From Yuukianura sp. NJ FZ-2021 (lineage: Eukaryota): a stretch of DNA of 64,000 nucleotides. The position numbers and the translations under genes were made by a program. Below, piece after piece: positions 1-13,700 of the stretch. Under the pieces are notes generated by a model. It did not search any database. It was given only the letters and a program-made list of their open reading frames with translations, and had not been told where the DNA came from. Within the stretch, counting starts at the first letter, position 1. Every line of letters begins with the position of its first letter. The stretch lies in contig CM102290.1 in NCBI GenBank assembly GCA_046563655.1, forward strand, positions 12,090,001 through 12,154,000, given 5' to 3'.

Positions 1-3000
1 GAAATTTTGAAAATTTAAAAAAAGCGTTGGATATAATTTTACTTGGACTTAAGACGTAGTGAAAGGTGTTAGACGGAGAGTAGTGTTGAAAAGCTTTGCT
101 CTGAGGGAGAAAGTGTTGTTGGATTAAATGCCAGTTAAACTTTGACTCTTCATTTCCAAGTGCTTTGCCAGAGGTTTTTTGGCCACGAACATCTCTATGC
201 TTTCACTTTTAAAAGATTTTAGAAATGATTAAAGAGAAAAGAACGAACTCCGGCGGCTTCTACTTCAAAAGCTCCTTAAATACACTTTACTTACTTTTTT
301 CACTTTTTTTCGCTTTTGGGGGAAAAAGAAATGGGGGAACATCGAAACTCAAAAGTTTTGGTTTATGAACTTTTTCATTTGAAAAAAAAAAGCAGCAAAG
401 ATTGTAGGAGAAAGCATAAGCGAGAAACTCTGTTTGAGTGTATCGTGTGCTAACTTGTATGGGAATTTGGTTATTTGATTGGAAATTTTGAGGTATTTGG
501 AAATTTCGGAAATGAGAAATTTTTGTGGTGAGAGAAAGGTGAACGACGTTAGGGTTTAAAATTATAAATTTTTGATGAAAATGTGTAGAGAGCGATGGTT
601 AGGTTATAGTTTAGGTTGGTTAGGATGAGATTTAGGATGGTAGGGAGAGTAAGATGACTTTGTTTGAGATGAGCTTGAGGCTGTTGGTGGTGAAAGTGTT
701 TTCGGAGTACGTGTGACATGTGCAGATGGATTTAAAGATGGTGTTACGTTAGGTTAAGGTTAGGCTAGGCTCCAGAAAGTGATTGGAATTTGGATATTGG
801 CGGGAGGAATGTTGTGGAACTGCGGAGATTGATCAGAGGGCTTCTGGATTAATGAGATCCACTTCCAGAACCGGTGGAGCTCACGGAGCCACCGTGGTTC
901 AAAGTCCCTACTTACTATGTAGGATGAAGATCTTGTAACTTTCACTTTCTATTTTCACTTCCAATCTTCCGTGAGGAAGCACAGGATCCCTTCCGGCCAT
1001 GGACTGGGTAATTTTTTATATGGAAATTAATATTCCTTAAATCCTATGCACTGCTCTCCACCACCTAAATCCCTCCTTTTTGGTTTCCTTGGCAACTGGT
1101 GAAAATGTCAATCTCAACAAATATTTGCTTACACGCATTCCTGTGCGGTTCCTGTAAAACACTTTCTCCATAGGCTGGTATGTTCTGCTGAGATGTAAAA
1201 AAAACTTTCCAGGTTTTTTTTCCAAGGGCCTTTTGTGTAAAAAATTTCCAATAATTGTCGTTATCTTTATTTTTGAATTTTTTGAAACAAAAATTGTAAA
1301 ATCATTCAAAATTGTATTATTATGAAAAACGGCGTTTCTTACACGAATAGCAATAAATCGGAGCTAAAATTCGCCAAGGAAACGAGAGCTGCCGCATTTT
1401 TTCAATTTTGGAAGAAAACAATTAAAACTCGACTTGAGTTGACCAAAGTCCCTGTCTTAGACAAGGTCAAGAGAGAATCTTTTGTTCTAGAGTTGACTTT
1501 CGTCGTGGGTTTAGCCAAGGGGGGCCCTTGAAGGGGCCCACTGTTCAACGGAAGCCAGGATTGTTGTTAATTGGGAGTGGCTCCATTGTTGCTTTTGTGT
1601 TTCGCCTCCTCCTATTGTGCCATGTGACTTCGTGGGGTGGGAACTTCTGAGACGGTTATGACAGTGGTCCCCCTCCCTTCCCCCCATCAGGGGGAGGGGG
1701 GACCGTCCATATGCAGAGGGGGAGGGGGACTTTTCATATGAATGACTCTAATTTTTCATTCCTTCGGAATTTGACATGTGGCTGAATCCCGTGACTCTTG
1801 GATGCACAAGGGGGCTTTCTTCGTAAGGGAAAGCAACGAATGTTTCCACAGTAGCGAATATTTGTTTTCTCCCGCCGACTTACTCCACTCCTTCATTTTC
1901 TGTGGAAATGGATAGGCTATTATGTTACAGAAAACTTAATCACCCCCTTTCAACTGACACATCTCAAGCAATACGAGAATGTCTTTCTACTAAAACTCTC
2001 AACCATAAAAGTTATGCAAGTCTATCCTACGACCAACGACTCTGAATTTGTTATGCACAATTGTTAGGTTAGGGTTGCATAGTGTTTTGGAAGGAATCGG
2101 GCTAGGTTGCAGTTGAGCCTAACCTGATGAGCTGATTTTGTAACTGCGGTAATTGAGGAGTTCAGAAAACAAAGGATTTTGAAAATGGAAACAGGAAAGA
2201 GGAATGGCTTTGTATTTTGTAACATTTTTGTTGTGTGGAAGAGATGATGATGATGTTCGTGTGTCATGCTGCATGGGGTCAAATATTAAATGGAAGGATG
2301 ATGCCCTATGGTAGGCCTTATTCTATTGTTTTGTTTTTGCCAGGATGTTTTAGGCAATGAAAAAATAGAGAATATGGTAAAAGAAGGGGCAATTCTAGGA
2401 AAGTTTCGGACGGATTCAGTTTTTACGGCCTGGACTATATGCTAAACATTGCCCTAGGTCTGAAGTGTGAAATCGCTTAAAGTCTAATAGTAAGTTTTGA
2501 AAACATGTGAAGAAGCCGTACAGAAGTAGTACAGAAGTAGTTGGCCGTACAGAAGTATCCGTTCATTAGTATCCTGTCACGTGGTTTCAGCTGCTGAGAG
2601 AAAGCAAGAGCAGAGAAAACTGTGTTTCATACTTTCATATGACCAAAAGGATTTCCTAATTAGAGTTTCCTCTTTTCTTAGCAACTTTCATGCTATACGA
2701 CGCAAGGAAAACCCCAACAGTTTTTACTTTTTCAAAAGACTTTCACCAGCCGTATGGTCATGAGAGAAACATTTCAAAGAATACACCATGTTTACCAAAA
2801 AACAAACACAAAATAACAGTAGCAACTATCCTAACTTTAACTCGCTTGGCCTAATTCATCAAAGTTTGCCTAACCTAACGTAACTCAATTGTTTTGAAAA
2901 TGCAAATTGTTGAGCGTCTTTTTGCGTTTTCTTTTTGAAACTAACATTAGTTGATTAATCAGGTTTTCAAAATAAGTTTTCCAATTTTTGAAAACTGAGT

Positions 3001-6000
3001 TAATCAACGTTAGAAGTTTAAGAAGAAAGTTAGGTGTGAAAATGTGTGTTCCAAGTTCAAGTTAGGTTTAAACGCTGACAAGGTGTATTTGAGAAGGTAC
3101 ATTTTCAAAAAAAACAATGTACAATGGTTTGCAAATTTTAGGTTTTAAAATTACTGGTACATGTGTTTGTGAACCTGATTTTTCCGGTGTGATGGTTCTG
3201 TTGGAACAATTGTATAGTTTTTAATTGTGTCTAAAGTTGATGTAGGGACACTGGAATGAAGTTGTTTTTGAGAGTAAATTGTTGGTAGTGGTGGTGGAGT
3301 TGATGTGGGTTGAACATCCCAAGTCCATTTTAATTGAGAAGTCTTGTGGTGAAAGTGTGTCTTGTGAATATTGGATGAAGGAAAGGGAGGAGAAAGTGCT
3401 TGTGGCTGTTCCACAGAATTATGTTTCAGAATTTTGGAGAATTGAGATTTTTGTTGGTCTCGGCATGATTAGGAGTTGGTGAATTTTGGGCTGGTTTCTG
3501 CGTAATGATAATGATAGAGCCATGTAATTACTCTGGGCCCTCTCCACCATTAAATTCAAACTTTCCCTCTCTCTTTTACTTTCTTCCCACTCTGGAAAAG
3601 GCTTTGGGTTAGGTAAGGGGAACCACATTCAGAACATTGTTTGCCTCTTGCCGTTCCCTTGACAACCGCTACCACCAACACAACCTCCTGCCAATTACTT
3701 TGAGTTCTCTCCCGTTGCTGTCTCCCTGCTAAGAAACAATGGCCGTTCTCTGGGCCCATTTCAAAAGTCATTTCTGTCACGACGACTCACGCCTCGGCCG
3801 GTGAGACACGTGAGTCCATTTGGAAATGAAGTTGAGTTGCCCGCCAGTTTTGAAAAAAGAAGTTTAGGTGAGGTGACATGGTTGAGTTAAACATTAGGGC
3901 TTAACACTAGCTGCTACTCCAGGAGCTCTAATGCTGTAAGCGTCGTGTGCTCCTCAGACGAAGGGAGATGAAATTCGGTTCGGTTTTTCGGTTCCGGACT
4001 TCCGCTGTAGTCCCCTCTCACCCAGTCCAAGTGCTCTCTCTGTTATAGTTGTGAAGGCGGAGGTTAACTTAAGTCTGTGCTAGCCTGTACCTAGCACAAT
4101 CTCGGAGTTCCATTTTGAATTTGAATTTTCCCTCGTCTTTTTTCTTCACCTGGACGTACCTGGCGGAAATTCAAATTTCATTGCTCCCTCTCTCTCTCGA
4201 AGTGTTTGACATCAGCATTAAACTGCAAAGCTTATGGCGTCCAGCATAGTTACTTGAATTATCCAGATCATGCGCATATGAATTTTGATCATTACAGGAG
4301 AAATTCAGCCATTTTAGGCATTCACGATTTACGATTGACGAATGACGGTTATGAAAAAAAAGAAAGAAAACTTGGTGCATTTTCTTAATTTTTTGGCTTT
4401 CCGGTCAGTTTTTCAAGGTTCAAATTTGACTTTGAACACAATTTTGAAATTCTGTTGAAAATAGTTGAAACGTTTTAACAATGCTGTGTTTTATGGGAAA
4501 AAAAATTCCCAAATTTTTTGAAAAAAAAGTTTACAATTTTGACTAGTAAACCTAGTCAAACCTTTTGACCTGTTTCAGAGATGCAAGTTCTAACGTAGGG
4601 GTGGTTTGCGGATGGTTGCATCTGAATGGTTACGTTGTTCAAAGGTTACGGAATCCACTTTCTGGAGTCTGCATGCGGATGGTTACGATGTTACGTTTCG
4701 AAGTTCTACGGTGTAGTTACGGCGTTTCTTGAAGTTTTTAGCTTAATATGAATGGTTACCTAGCCATCGGTGAGTTACGTCACGATGGTTACGGTGTTGG
4801 AGATTTTACGTCATGTCTGGATGGTTACAGTGACGGACTTTTGGGTTATGTCCTGTTGCTTAGCACATGGAAACTGGAATTTGGAGCCTTCTGGGTACGA
4901 TTTGGGTTGTAACCTTGTGGTGGTTACCTGGATGGTTACTGTTGAGCATAAGGTTATTGTCTGCAGGGTTAAAGACTGGAGAGGACAATGGGCCAGAGTG
5001 GTGGGGGTGATAAGATAAAAGTGTGGAGCCAAGAAAGTCTTCTTTTGAAAAGACGCGGTGAAAGTGTGAGACAAAGAAAGTCTCACTTTGCCCCACTTTC
5101 TCCTCATGGAAATGAGCAGAGAAAACAAAGCTTTCGTCGACACCGGTAGCCACCCACCGTCGTCCCACCCACTACCCCCCGGTGGGCCTTTCATTTCCCC
5201 CCGTGTCACACTTTATGAACACAAAGTGTTTAGGATAGGTGCCTAACCTAGACAAGCCACCGCAGAAGCGCCAAAAACCACCACCATTTTGAATGTTTTG
5301 GTAATTACAGTTTGGAACTTACTCTTTTACAGGCAAACCGACAATGCACTCTTCCTCATGCATGCAAGCCAACATTGGATTCAACTGTGGTCCAGACGAA
5401 GCTTCCATACCCAACATCGGTAAGCCATAACCAAACTTAACAAAGTCCACTTTACACTTTCTCTATACAAACCATTTCAAATTTACTTTGTAAGCCTCTC
5501 TCTAAGCTCGAAATTTTCAAATTCTTTCTCCAAATTCAAATTTTACTTTCCTCTCTTTCCTGTTTTTTGCCTCTTTGCTTCAAAAATGAAAGCTCCTCCT
5601 CATATATTTCCAAGTGGGCTTACTAATTGGTAATCAAATTCAGAAATCCCGGAACCGAGAAATTCGAAATTTGAAATTTGAGAGCACAACATTAGGTTCA
5701 GAGTGAAAGGTGTAGTCGGCAAGTGGCTGAAGTTTCAAAGGTGAAAGTGATGTTTGGCAGTTCAGTACGGCAGGAGAAAGTTTCATGTTTGCTCTGCAGA
5801 ACTAACTGACGCTTCCAACAGCAGGAAAAGTCCAAGTTGAAGGTTGTTGACTATTCACCTGACGATGGAAAGGAGAAACACCGCGGCGGTGGCTCATCAA
5901 CAATGTATATGGCTCAACGGTCCGAACCATTTTTCAGTTGAACTTTTTCGAAAATGTCGCTTGGACAATATTTTTTCAAAAAAAAAAAAAAAAGTAAACC

Positions 6001-7324
6001 GAGATTATGTAAAGATCTTACTAAACCTAAGCCCAAGTTCAGATTTCCAAAAATTTCCAAAGTTAAAGTAAAAAATTTCGTTTCAGAACGGAAGTTCTTA
6101 TAGTGTAGGTTTTGGAGAAAGACTTTTGTGTTGATTGAAAATTCACCTCAGAACGGTAGTGCAGCTCTCTACTACATAGCTCGTTAAGTTGAAATTTTTT
6201 GATTTTTTTTTTGAAATTTTGGCGAACGTTTGCCATTTTGCATTACCTGGAGCCGTTTGTAGGAAGGAGTGAAAGTGCGCATGAGGAAGTGTGGCTCCCT
6301 TGCCATTCAGTTAGGCCAGGTTCTTATCGCCATTCATACACCACTGAACTCCTTAGGCATCCTCTATTCGTTTTCATTTTTTAAATTCCATCATCTTCCT
6401 CACTCTTCCGGAAATTGCTAATAGTCAAATATCCAACCGAGGAGAGAGCTCTTCCGATTTGAAAAAAAAACTTTCACTATAGTACACGGAAACATCAATG
6501 CACACTGCAGAAATGAAAGAAACTAAACCGGTAGCATATGGATTTGAACCATTTTTTGGTCCCTGGAAGGAAAAGCTGCAAAAGTAGACTTTTAGTTGTT
6601 GCTAGAGGCATAACTGTCTTTTTTTTCTGGGAAGGAAGCTGCTGCACGTTTTCGTTTTAATTTGAGTTTTTCTTCGTGCAGGATGTGCACATGCGTTTCA
6701 CTCAATACAAAAGAGATGCGCTAAAATTTTGAGCGTATCGTGCTCGTAGGTTAGGAATTCTGCCTGAGTATTTATCGTCCTAGTTGTTGTAGGAGAATAA
6801 AAAGTGAATTGAAATTAATGTTGAGTTAAGATGTTTTCATAGGTTGCGTAAGGTGAATCAAAATGTACAGTTAAGTTTTTATCTTAGAGTTTGCCACACT
6901 TTGAATTTTAACAGAAATTTAAACAGAGCTGCTATAGGACAATAGAGAGTCGATTTTGAATATTTACTTACTTAAATTTTGAAACAAAAGTGACATCCCG
7001 CGGGAATTTCGGTTAAAGCATAATGCCGTGAACGACGAGAAAGGTCAAAGGTTGGGCGGAGAATGTTGTGACCTTGAATTTTGCTGTGCTGACTCCTGTA
7101 CTGCTAGTCCTAAGTAGTTAGTAGTAAGTATATTGTCTGTTGTCGTATGACTTTTGTTAGTGCCTTCCCCTGGGAGAAAGTAGTGAAATTAACGTGAACC
7201 ACGACGTAGTTCCTTTTCTTGAATGTAATGAACTAAAAAGTAACAAAAAACAGGCAAAAAGGAGTCAAAATTGGCTATTAAAGGGATGTCGCACAAATTT
7301 TTAAGTGCCAATAAAATTGAACTT

Positions 7325-7577
7325 CGGGAAAGACGCAGTTAAATTCATTCGCGAAATCGGTTCAAGGATCATGAAAACCACGGGCGAAAAGAAATCAACC
7401 TCTTATTTATTCCAGCGCCTCAGCATTGCCACCCAACGCGGAAATGCAGCTTCCGTTCTTGGTACCCTTCCCACTGGACATCATCTCACAGAAGTGTTTC
7501 TACTATAATCTCAGATTTTTCTATAACCTTTTCAACCCACATTTGGTGGGTGTAAGTGTAGTCAAATGAATAAATTG
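7325..7577 (+). mobile_element. 5'-truncated non-LTR retrotransposon remnant (CRE-clade-like, restriction-like endonuclease C-terminus plus 3' UTR)
   Basis: Translation GKDAVKFIREIGSRIMKTTGEKKSTSYLFQRLSIATQRGNAASVLGTLP..* (stop 7506-7508) matches the characteristic C-terminal 'QRLSIAxQRGNAASxLGT' of CRE-type RLE retroelements (recognised from memory). A short 3' UTR ends in AATAAA-TTG. A perfect 11-bp target-site duplication AAATTGAACTT flanks it at 7314-7324 and 7578-7588. Confidence 0.8.
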
Positions 7578-7694
7578 AAATTGAACTTATCTTGTATAAC
7601 CTCAATAACAAACAGATTCTCGAAACTTGCATTGAGAGGTACATACTATGTAACATGCATTTTGCGAATGAGGCATACGGCATGCCGTAGTAAT

Positions 7695-7745
7695 TTATAA
7701 ATAAGTAATCGTTATAAATAAGTAATCTTTATAAATAAGTAATCT
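7695..7745. repeat. 3 x 17-bp tandem repeat (TTATAAATAAGTAATCN)
   Basis: Units start at 7695, 7712 and 7729; preceded by the perfect palindrome TACGGCATGCCGTA at 7676-7689. Confidence 0.9.
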
Positions 7746-10700
7746 TTTTTCCATGTAATTATTTAACTAACAAATTACAAACCGCTTCCTATTATGTTCA
7801 AGAGACAAAAAAAACTATTTGACTGGCGTCAAACTGTACTTCAAAGCCGACTTCGAAAAAACATTGTGTTGAGATTTTTTTTTGTCAAGTTTTTCTTTTT
7901 TACTTTGGCTTCCGTTAGTTTATACAGAATGTATAGAAAGTTGTGAACTTCGGGTTGTTAGAGCTGTAGTGAGGTTGTACCTATACTATTTGTTGTTGTC
8001 ATTTACATAAATTCAATTGTGTAAATGCTTATGAATCATAATGTACTCCACGTTTCATAAGTCATAACTCCAGACTGCAATCCACTTTTGGCATTCTTGT
8101 GCGGAAAAAGTTTGTGAATGACTCTGGGTTGTGTATGTCTCACTTTGGTTTAGTGAAGTGGCTATGAGCCATTTGGAGTGAAATACACGTTAGGTTTGAC
8201 TGTTTACTGCAAGGCGCCAATTTCCAAACGTGGTTGCTGTGTATTCTAAAAGCCCAAAATGGAGCAGGAAGCTGGTCGTAGGTGCACATTTGCGACAGCG
8301 CACTTTGGGTCGTTAATCATTTCATTGAAGCGGCTTGACAGAAATTGCTACTCAACACTTTCACTTTCATTCAAACACCCCCGCTACCAGTCAAATGACA
8401 TACATTCAGGGCAGGTCAAGTGACACAGAGACACTTCCTACAAAAATATAAGGTTTCCTAAGATCAACATTAGTAGAGGTCAGTCACATGACAAAGCTTT
8501 TTCCGTCCAAATTCGCCCAGTTACTGACAAATACTGTAAAAATTTCAAGCTGCCCATCTCTAATACAAAACCAAGCGATTTATGGACTGGCCACGACGCC
8601 ACTTAGCGTTGTGAATGTTTCAGTTTGAAGGAGTTGAATTTTGGAAAATTTTCAATCTCGTTTCCTTTTGTTCAATTGTCGTTTGAAAATTTTGAAAAAC
8701 TTTTCCCGTGTTTTGTTTCTATTGGCTTGATTTGAGCAACTAGGGAAGCGGAAACTACGGAACAAAACTCCTCGACTTGAGCGATTTCTTCAAAAGGAAA
8801 AGTTCTATTTTTCATATTATTAAAATAGACGGAGTTGTCAAGGGGATGTAAATGTCTCCACTGCTGGTCAACACATGTCCAGACACTGGAACGTGACATG
8901 GCCTCAATGACCCTTATTATGTCACTCCACTGTCCTGTAGCAGCCCCTTCCACTTGTGACGACTAAGCACAGCTCCAGTTATCTCCTCTCGGTTCAAACA
9001 AAAGTGACGACGACATGTAAGAAGAAACTTTATGCTGACGAGATGCGTTTTCCGGCTGGCTAGGTAGCTATGGGAGACAGTTTTTTGAATTTGAGCGGCA
9101 GTGAAGTCAAACTCTGCCTTCGAAAGCGGGAGTTTTGAGTTTTTTGTGAGCGGGAGTTTTGAATTTTGGCGGTAAAGGGACATTAGACTGCTTTTTTAAC
9201 GTAAGTTATTAAGTAGTGAAAGCTACTTTATTAAGGAAGCACAAATGACTTTCGGAGCTAAAAATTTGCTTGAAGCGATTTCTGCCTTCCGCTTTCACCT
9301 TCCTTTGTTGTTTCTTTTGAATTTTTTTAAATTCGTAACACTTTGGTTCAAAAAATGGAAAATTCTTTAAAAATTCTTGACAGTTCTCAGAATAAGGCTA
9401 GGCTAGGAAAATTTTCCTGAGAAAGAACAGAATAAGGTTATGGTTTGTGGGTGTCTTAGCTGTTGAGAAGATGTTTAGGCATGTAAATGAGTTTGTGGCG
9501 GGCAGAGGGGAGGGGCAGGCGGATTTGAAAAGCGGGACGAACATGGTGCGACATCTTTAATTCCTGGTCTTCTTGGTTGTCAGTTGTGGTTGATTAAATA
9601 TGGAGGAAGGGGAATGCCGCCCTGCTGAATCATTCAGCTCTAACACGTTCAGCAGTGAGACGGGGCGTGAAAGGAGTTGGAAGCGTCGGGGCAAGGCGGG
9701 GGATTTTGAAAATTTCAAAAAACGAAAAGATGTGCCCAGATTTGAAGACAAAGGATCTCCTTTTCCCGCTTTTGGATCATCAAAAATTTAGACGGTGGGT
9801 AGACTGTGTCCAGTGGACCTCCTCGAGCCTTCTAGCCTGTTGGCGGGGACTTTGAATTCAAATTGGCTTCAAATATTGAACAAAGTTTCAATTAACCTCG
9901 GACCAGAAGTAACAGAGCTTGTCGTCGCAGAAACTTCATCAATATTCAGATGCCGAGAGCAGGAGGTTGGGCTCGAGCAGAGTGAAAACATTTCAATAAC
10001 AGGGTTGTCCATTAATACAACCAAAATAGTTGATATTTTCAGAAAAAAAAAACGGAGCGTTTTTACTTTTTTTTTTTTTGAAAACGACTACTAGTGGTAA
10101 GGTGATTTGAGGGTGGGAGGGAGAGAGTCATTTGCTTCAGTGTGGAATCCGACCCGCCTTTTTCCAATAAATTCAAACTATACCACACTTTGTGGAGGGG
10201 TTCCAAACAAGACCTAATTCTGTTCTTCAATTCCGCCAATTTCAAATCTCACTTTCCGATCTCTCTTTTTTTTCTGGCGCGTAATTCAAATTCATTTTGT
10301 GCTATTTTCACTTCCCACTTTCACCTTTACCTTTCTAGCCCAAAGCTTTTGGTATTAACTGTAAGCCTCAACGTTTCGGCACGTGTATCTTGGCACCATA
10401 TAAAAGTTGAACCTAAAAAACCGCAAAATTTGAATTTGTAAAGAAAACGAAGCGCAAACTACAAAAAACAAGAAAGAGTTAAAGAATGGTGAAAGTCTGA
10501 CTTTCAAGGTAAACGCTAAAAGCTGATTTGAGAAAAGAAAACTGAAAAATATTGGTTTACTAAATTGAAACTACGAACTTTGGATTTAAAAAACAGGGAA
10601 ACAGAAATAAGTCACATTTCGAAAACCTGAAAGCTGAATTTGAAAAATTTGAGAATTTGAAGAATTTGGAAAAATGTAGAAAATTGTAAATAAGAAAAAG

Positions 10701-13700
10701 TTGTCATTAGAATAAATGGTGAAAGCCGGATTTTAACGGCAAGACGGGATTAGGATTAGGATTACGAATGAAAATCACAAAAATTGGATTTGCAAAAACG
10801 AAAAAAGTCGGATTTGAAAGAAAAAGTGGCAGAACTGGAATTTGAAAAAAAGGAGAAAGCTTTTCTTGAGAGTATTTTTTTTTTTAGAAAAACTGGATTT
10901 TGAAAAAAAAATTGGAACCGTGTGCTAGTTGGTAGAAGGAGAAAGTAGGACAGTTTTCCATTGTAGTGTGACAGCCCTTGAGGCAGGGAGAACAAGCACG
11001 ACGACCGCCTATCTTTTGCTCATCTTTCAGGACGAGGTTGGGCAGGAAAGCAGAAGGCGAAAGAGAAAGCATCGGACGCACGCAAAAATAAATTATTAGC
11101 AAATACACCTTAGCACAGGAGGGTTTAGTCTTGGTTCAAGCGAGGGAACCAAGGATTCAGTCAAACTTTTAGACTTTCTGGCCTAACAACAGACACACAA
11201 CACTAAACTCTACTCATTCTGTGAACTTTTACCAAGAGAAAGCTCCATGAGGAAGTGGAGGGTCCAATGGCAGAGCAACCAAGTTGTGATGCAACTCCAG
11301 TCAGTTTGACGGGAAAATAAAAGTTGAAAGTTTTCTTCTTCCGACATTAAAGTTTTAAGTTGCCTCCTTTACTTGCATTCAGGAGACAATTTTGTTTGCC
11401 GTTGTTTCAAATGTTAACTTTTGTTCCTTAATTCCTGAAATTTTTGGTTCCTGAACACGTTGTCAACTTGCTGCTAATCTTGTTAGTTTCACCGAAGAAA
11501 GTAGCGTAACCTCTGCTAACTGAAAGATTGAATTTATCCTTGCGTTGACCTAAATTGCAGCTAACGGGTCTTTAGTTTCATCAAAATTTACCAGCGTTAC
11601 CAAAATTTGCGTTTACGTCCTTTATGTAACTTACTCGTTAGTCTGTCGTAGAGTAGGTTAAAGAGTAGGGAAACGTTAGATTTAGGTTAGGTTAAACCTA
11701 GTGAAAGCAGTAATGTGATTAGGTTATGTCCTGCGTAGAGGTGGTTGCACCTGTTTCAGGCATAGCGGGAAATAAAATATTCAAACGGAATAAAGTCTTT
11801 GGGAGAGATTTGAAGTTTGTTTTTAATTTCCTAATTTTCCAAAACCCACCTTCCCTCTACAGCTTGTCCAAAGTTTAAAAAGTGAATGGCGTCTCTATTT
11901 ACATTTATATGAGCAAACACAAGGAGAGAAAGCATCTTCTCCTGCCTATTGACTCACCCACCCCAAAAATCCTACACACCGGTAGTGCCCATCTTTGTTT
12001 TTAAAATTAGACAAGGCATTAGACTTTGAAATTTCCCAGACTTTCTTTTCTTACTAGCAGAGCTTGTGTTTACTTTCACCACCTCAGGACTCACCTTTTA
12101 CCCACAACTTCCAAGGCTAGTGCGGGAAGAGAGTGCGGTGATTTATAAGGTTAGGTTGGTCCTAGGAGGGAAATTTAAATTAAACCAGATTAAAAATTAA
12201 TTCTCAACAAAATAAACCCAAGAGGTCTTTGTCCAAAGAGGGCCAAGGAGGTGGGGTTTTTAACCTAACAAGTTAACCTAAAAAGGCGCTTTGAGAATAC
12301 TACTAGCACAAAGTAAATTCTAACTTCATAGCCTCACTTTCTCTTTTCAATTTCTGAAGTCAGGGAATGTAGGTGAGTTTGAGATTCTTTTGAATTTTCT
12401 TTTGGCGGAGGCCATGTCTGAGAGTCTTCGTTTGAGCCTTGAAGACGAGAGAAAGTGATTTTCATTCCCTTTAAGTCATCGTCTAATTGAGCAGGAACAT
12501 TTCCATGCACTTTCCAAAAGGTTGCCTTCAAATGTTCCAATGTTGCTGTGGAGATAAAGAGCGGAGGTTACTTTATGAGTGTAAGTGGACTCATTCATGT
12601 CGCTCCAGCAGCTCCATTTCCTAAACATAATGACACGGGAAGTTAAGGAAATGACCTTCTGGCTCATCCCTCTGGAGCAGAAAAAAAAACGGATTCAGTA
12701 CACTTTAATAATACCACACTTAGATTTATGCTAACGTCGTTCAACGTTACTGCATTATACATAATTTTGTGTACACCGTGCCTGGTTTACGCTCATGTAG
12801 CGCTAAAGTAGAAATTTGATAGCGACTACCTGTAATAACACTACACCCAAAAAAGACAATGTCAATGTATATACTATGAGAGGTAGGTTAATTCCACCGA
12901 TTTACTTCAGCTATACGTATCGATGTTGGTTAGTTAAATTAAATCCAAGAAATGTTTGGTCGTACACCTATGTTGCGTAATGCTAATGTTGTGTTTCCGC
13001 AACTGTTGTATGAAATCCATTGAAGTTTTTGTGTATTTGAATTTTGATAAATTCAAGTATCATGAATTGTAAGAAAGAGCAGGATGTCTTGTTCAAGATG
13101 GGGAAGGATTTTGAATAGTGAGTTTCGTTTGATTTACGGTTGACCTTTGACCTTTGAATCTCTGTTGTTAGGTAACTATCCCTATTCCTCTGGAAAGTAG
13201 ACGCTGTTTGACGCTTATGCCGAGCTCTTCTGGACTTGATCCTATGTTGTCATGGATTGAACAAGATCTCCCGTCCTAACTCTGTTTTTAGCTTTTCCGG
13301 ATTTATGCCCTGTCACCCCGTGTGCTCCTTCCAAGACCATTCTGCCCTTGTGGTTCTTCTTGAGACATGTCACTTGTCTTAGACTCAACATTAGAGCAAC
13401 TAACCTCACATAACACTATGCTAAAACTAACCGGAACAGTGAAATCCATCTTCCTTAGTACATCAAACAAGAAGTTTGCGGTGGTGTATTAATTAAATTT
13501 TTCAAAAAAGTGAAACCAAACCGGTTTCCAAATTCAAAACAAAAAAAAAACAGGAAGGCTTGGGAGAAGGTCGAGAGAAAGTTGTAGCTTATCGCGGTGA
13601 CAAATCTAAGGAGATTGGAGTTCGCGTTGTAAAATAATAGCATCGCTTAGGCCGAATTTTTAAACTTAAGTTACGGATGGTTGAAAAATTCAAAAGCCCA

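Noticed and set aside
10440..10910. Purine-skewed A-rich tract with loose repeats (AATGGTGAAAG twice, GATTTGAAA-like units)
   Set aside because: Probably a decayed repeat; no termini, TSD or coding signal definable.
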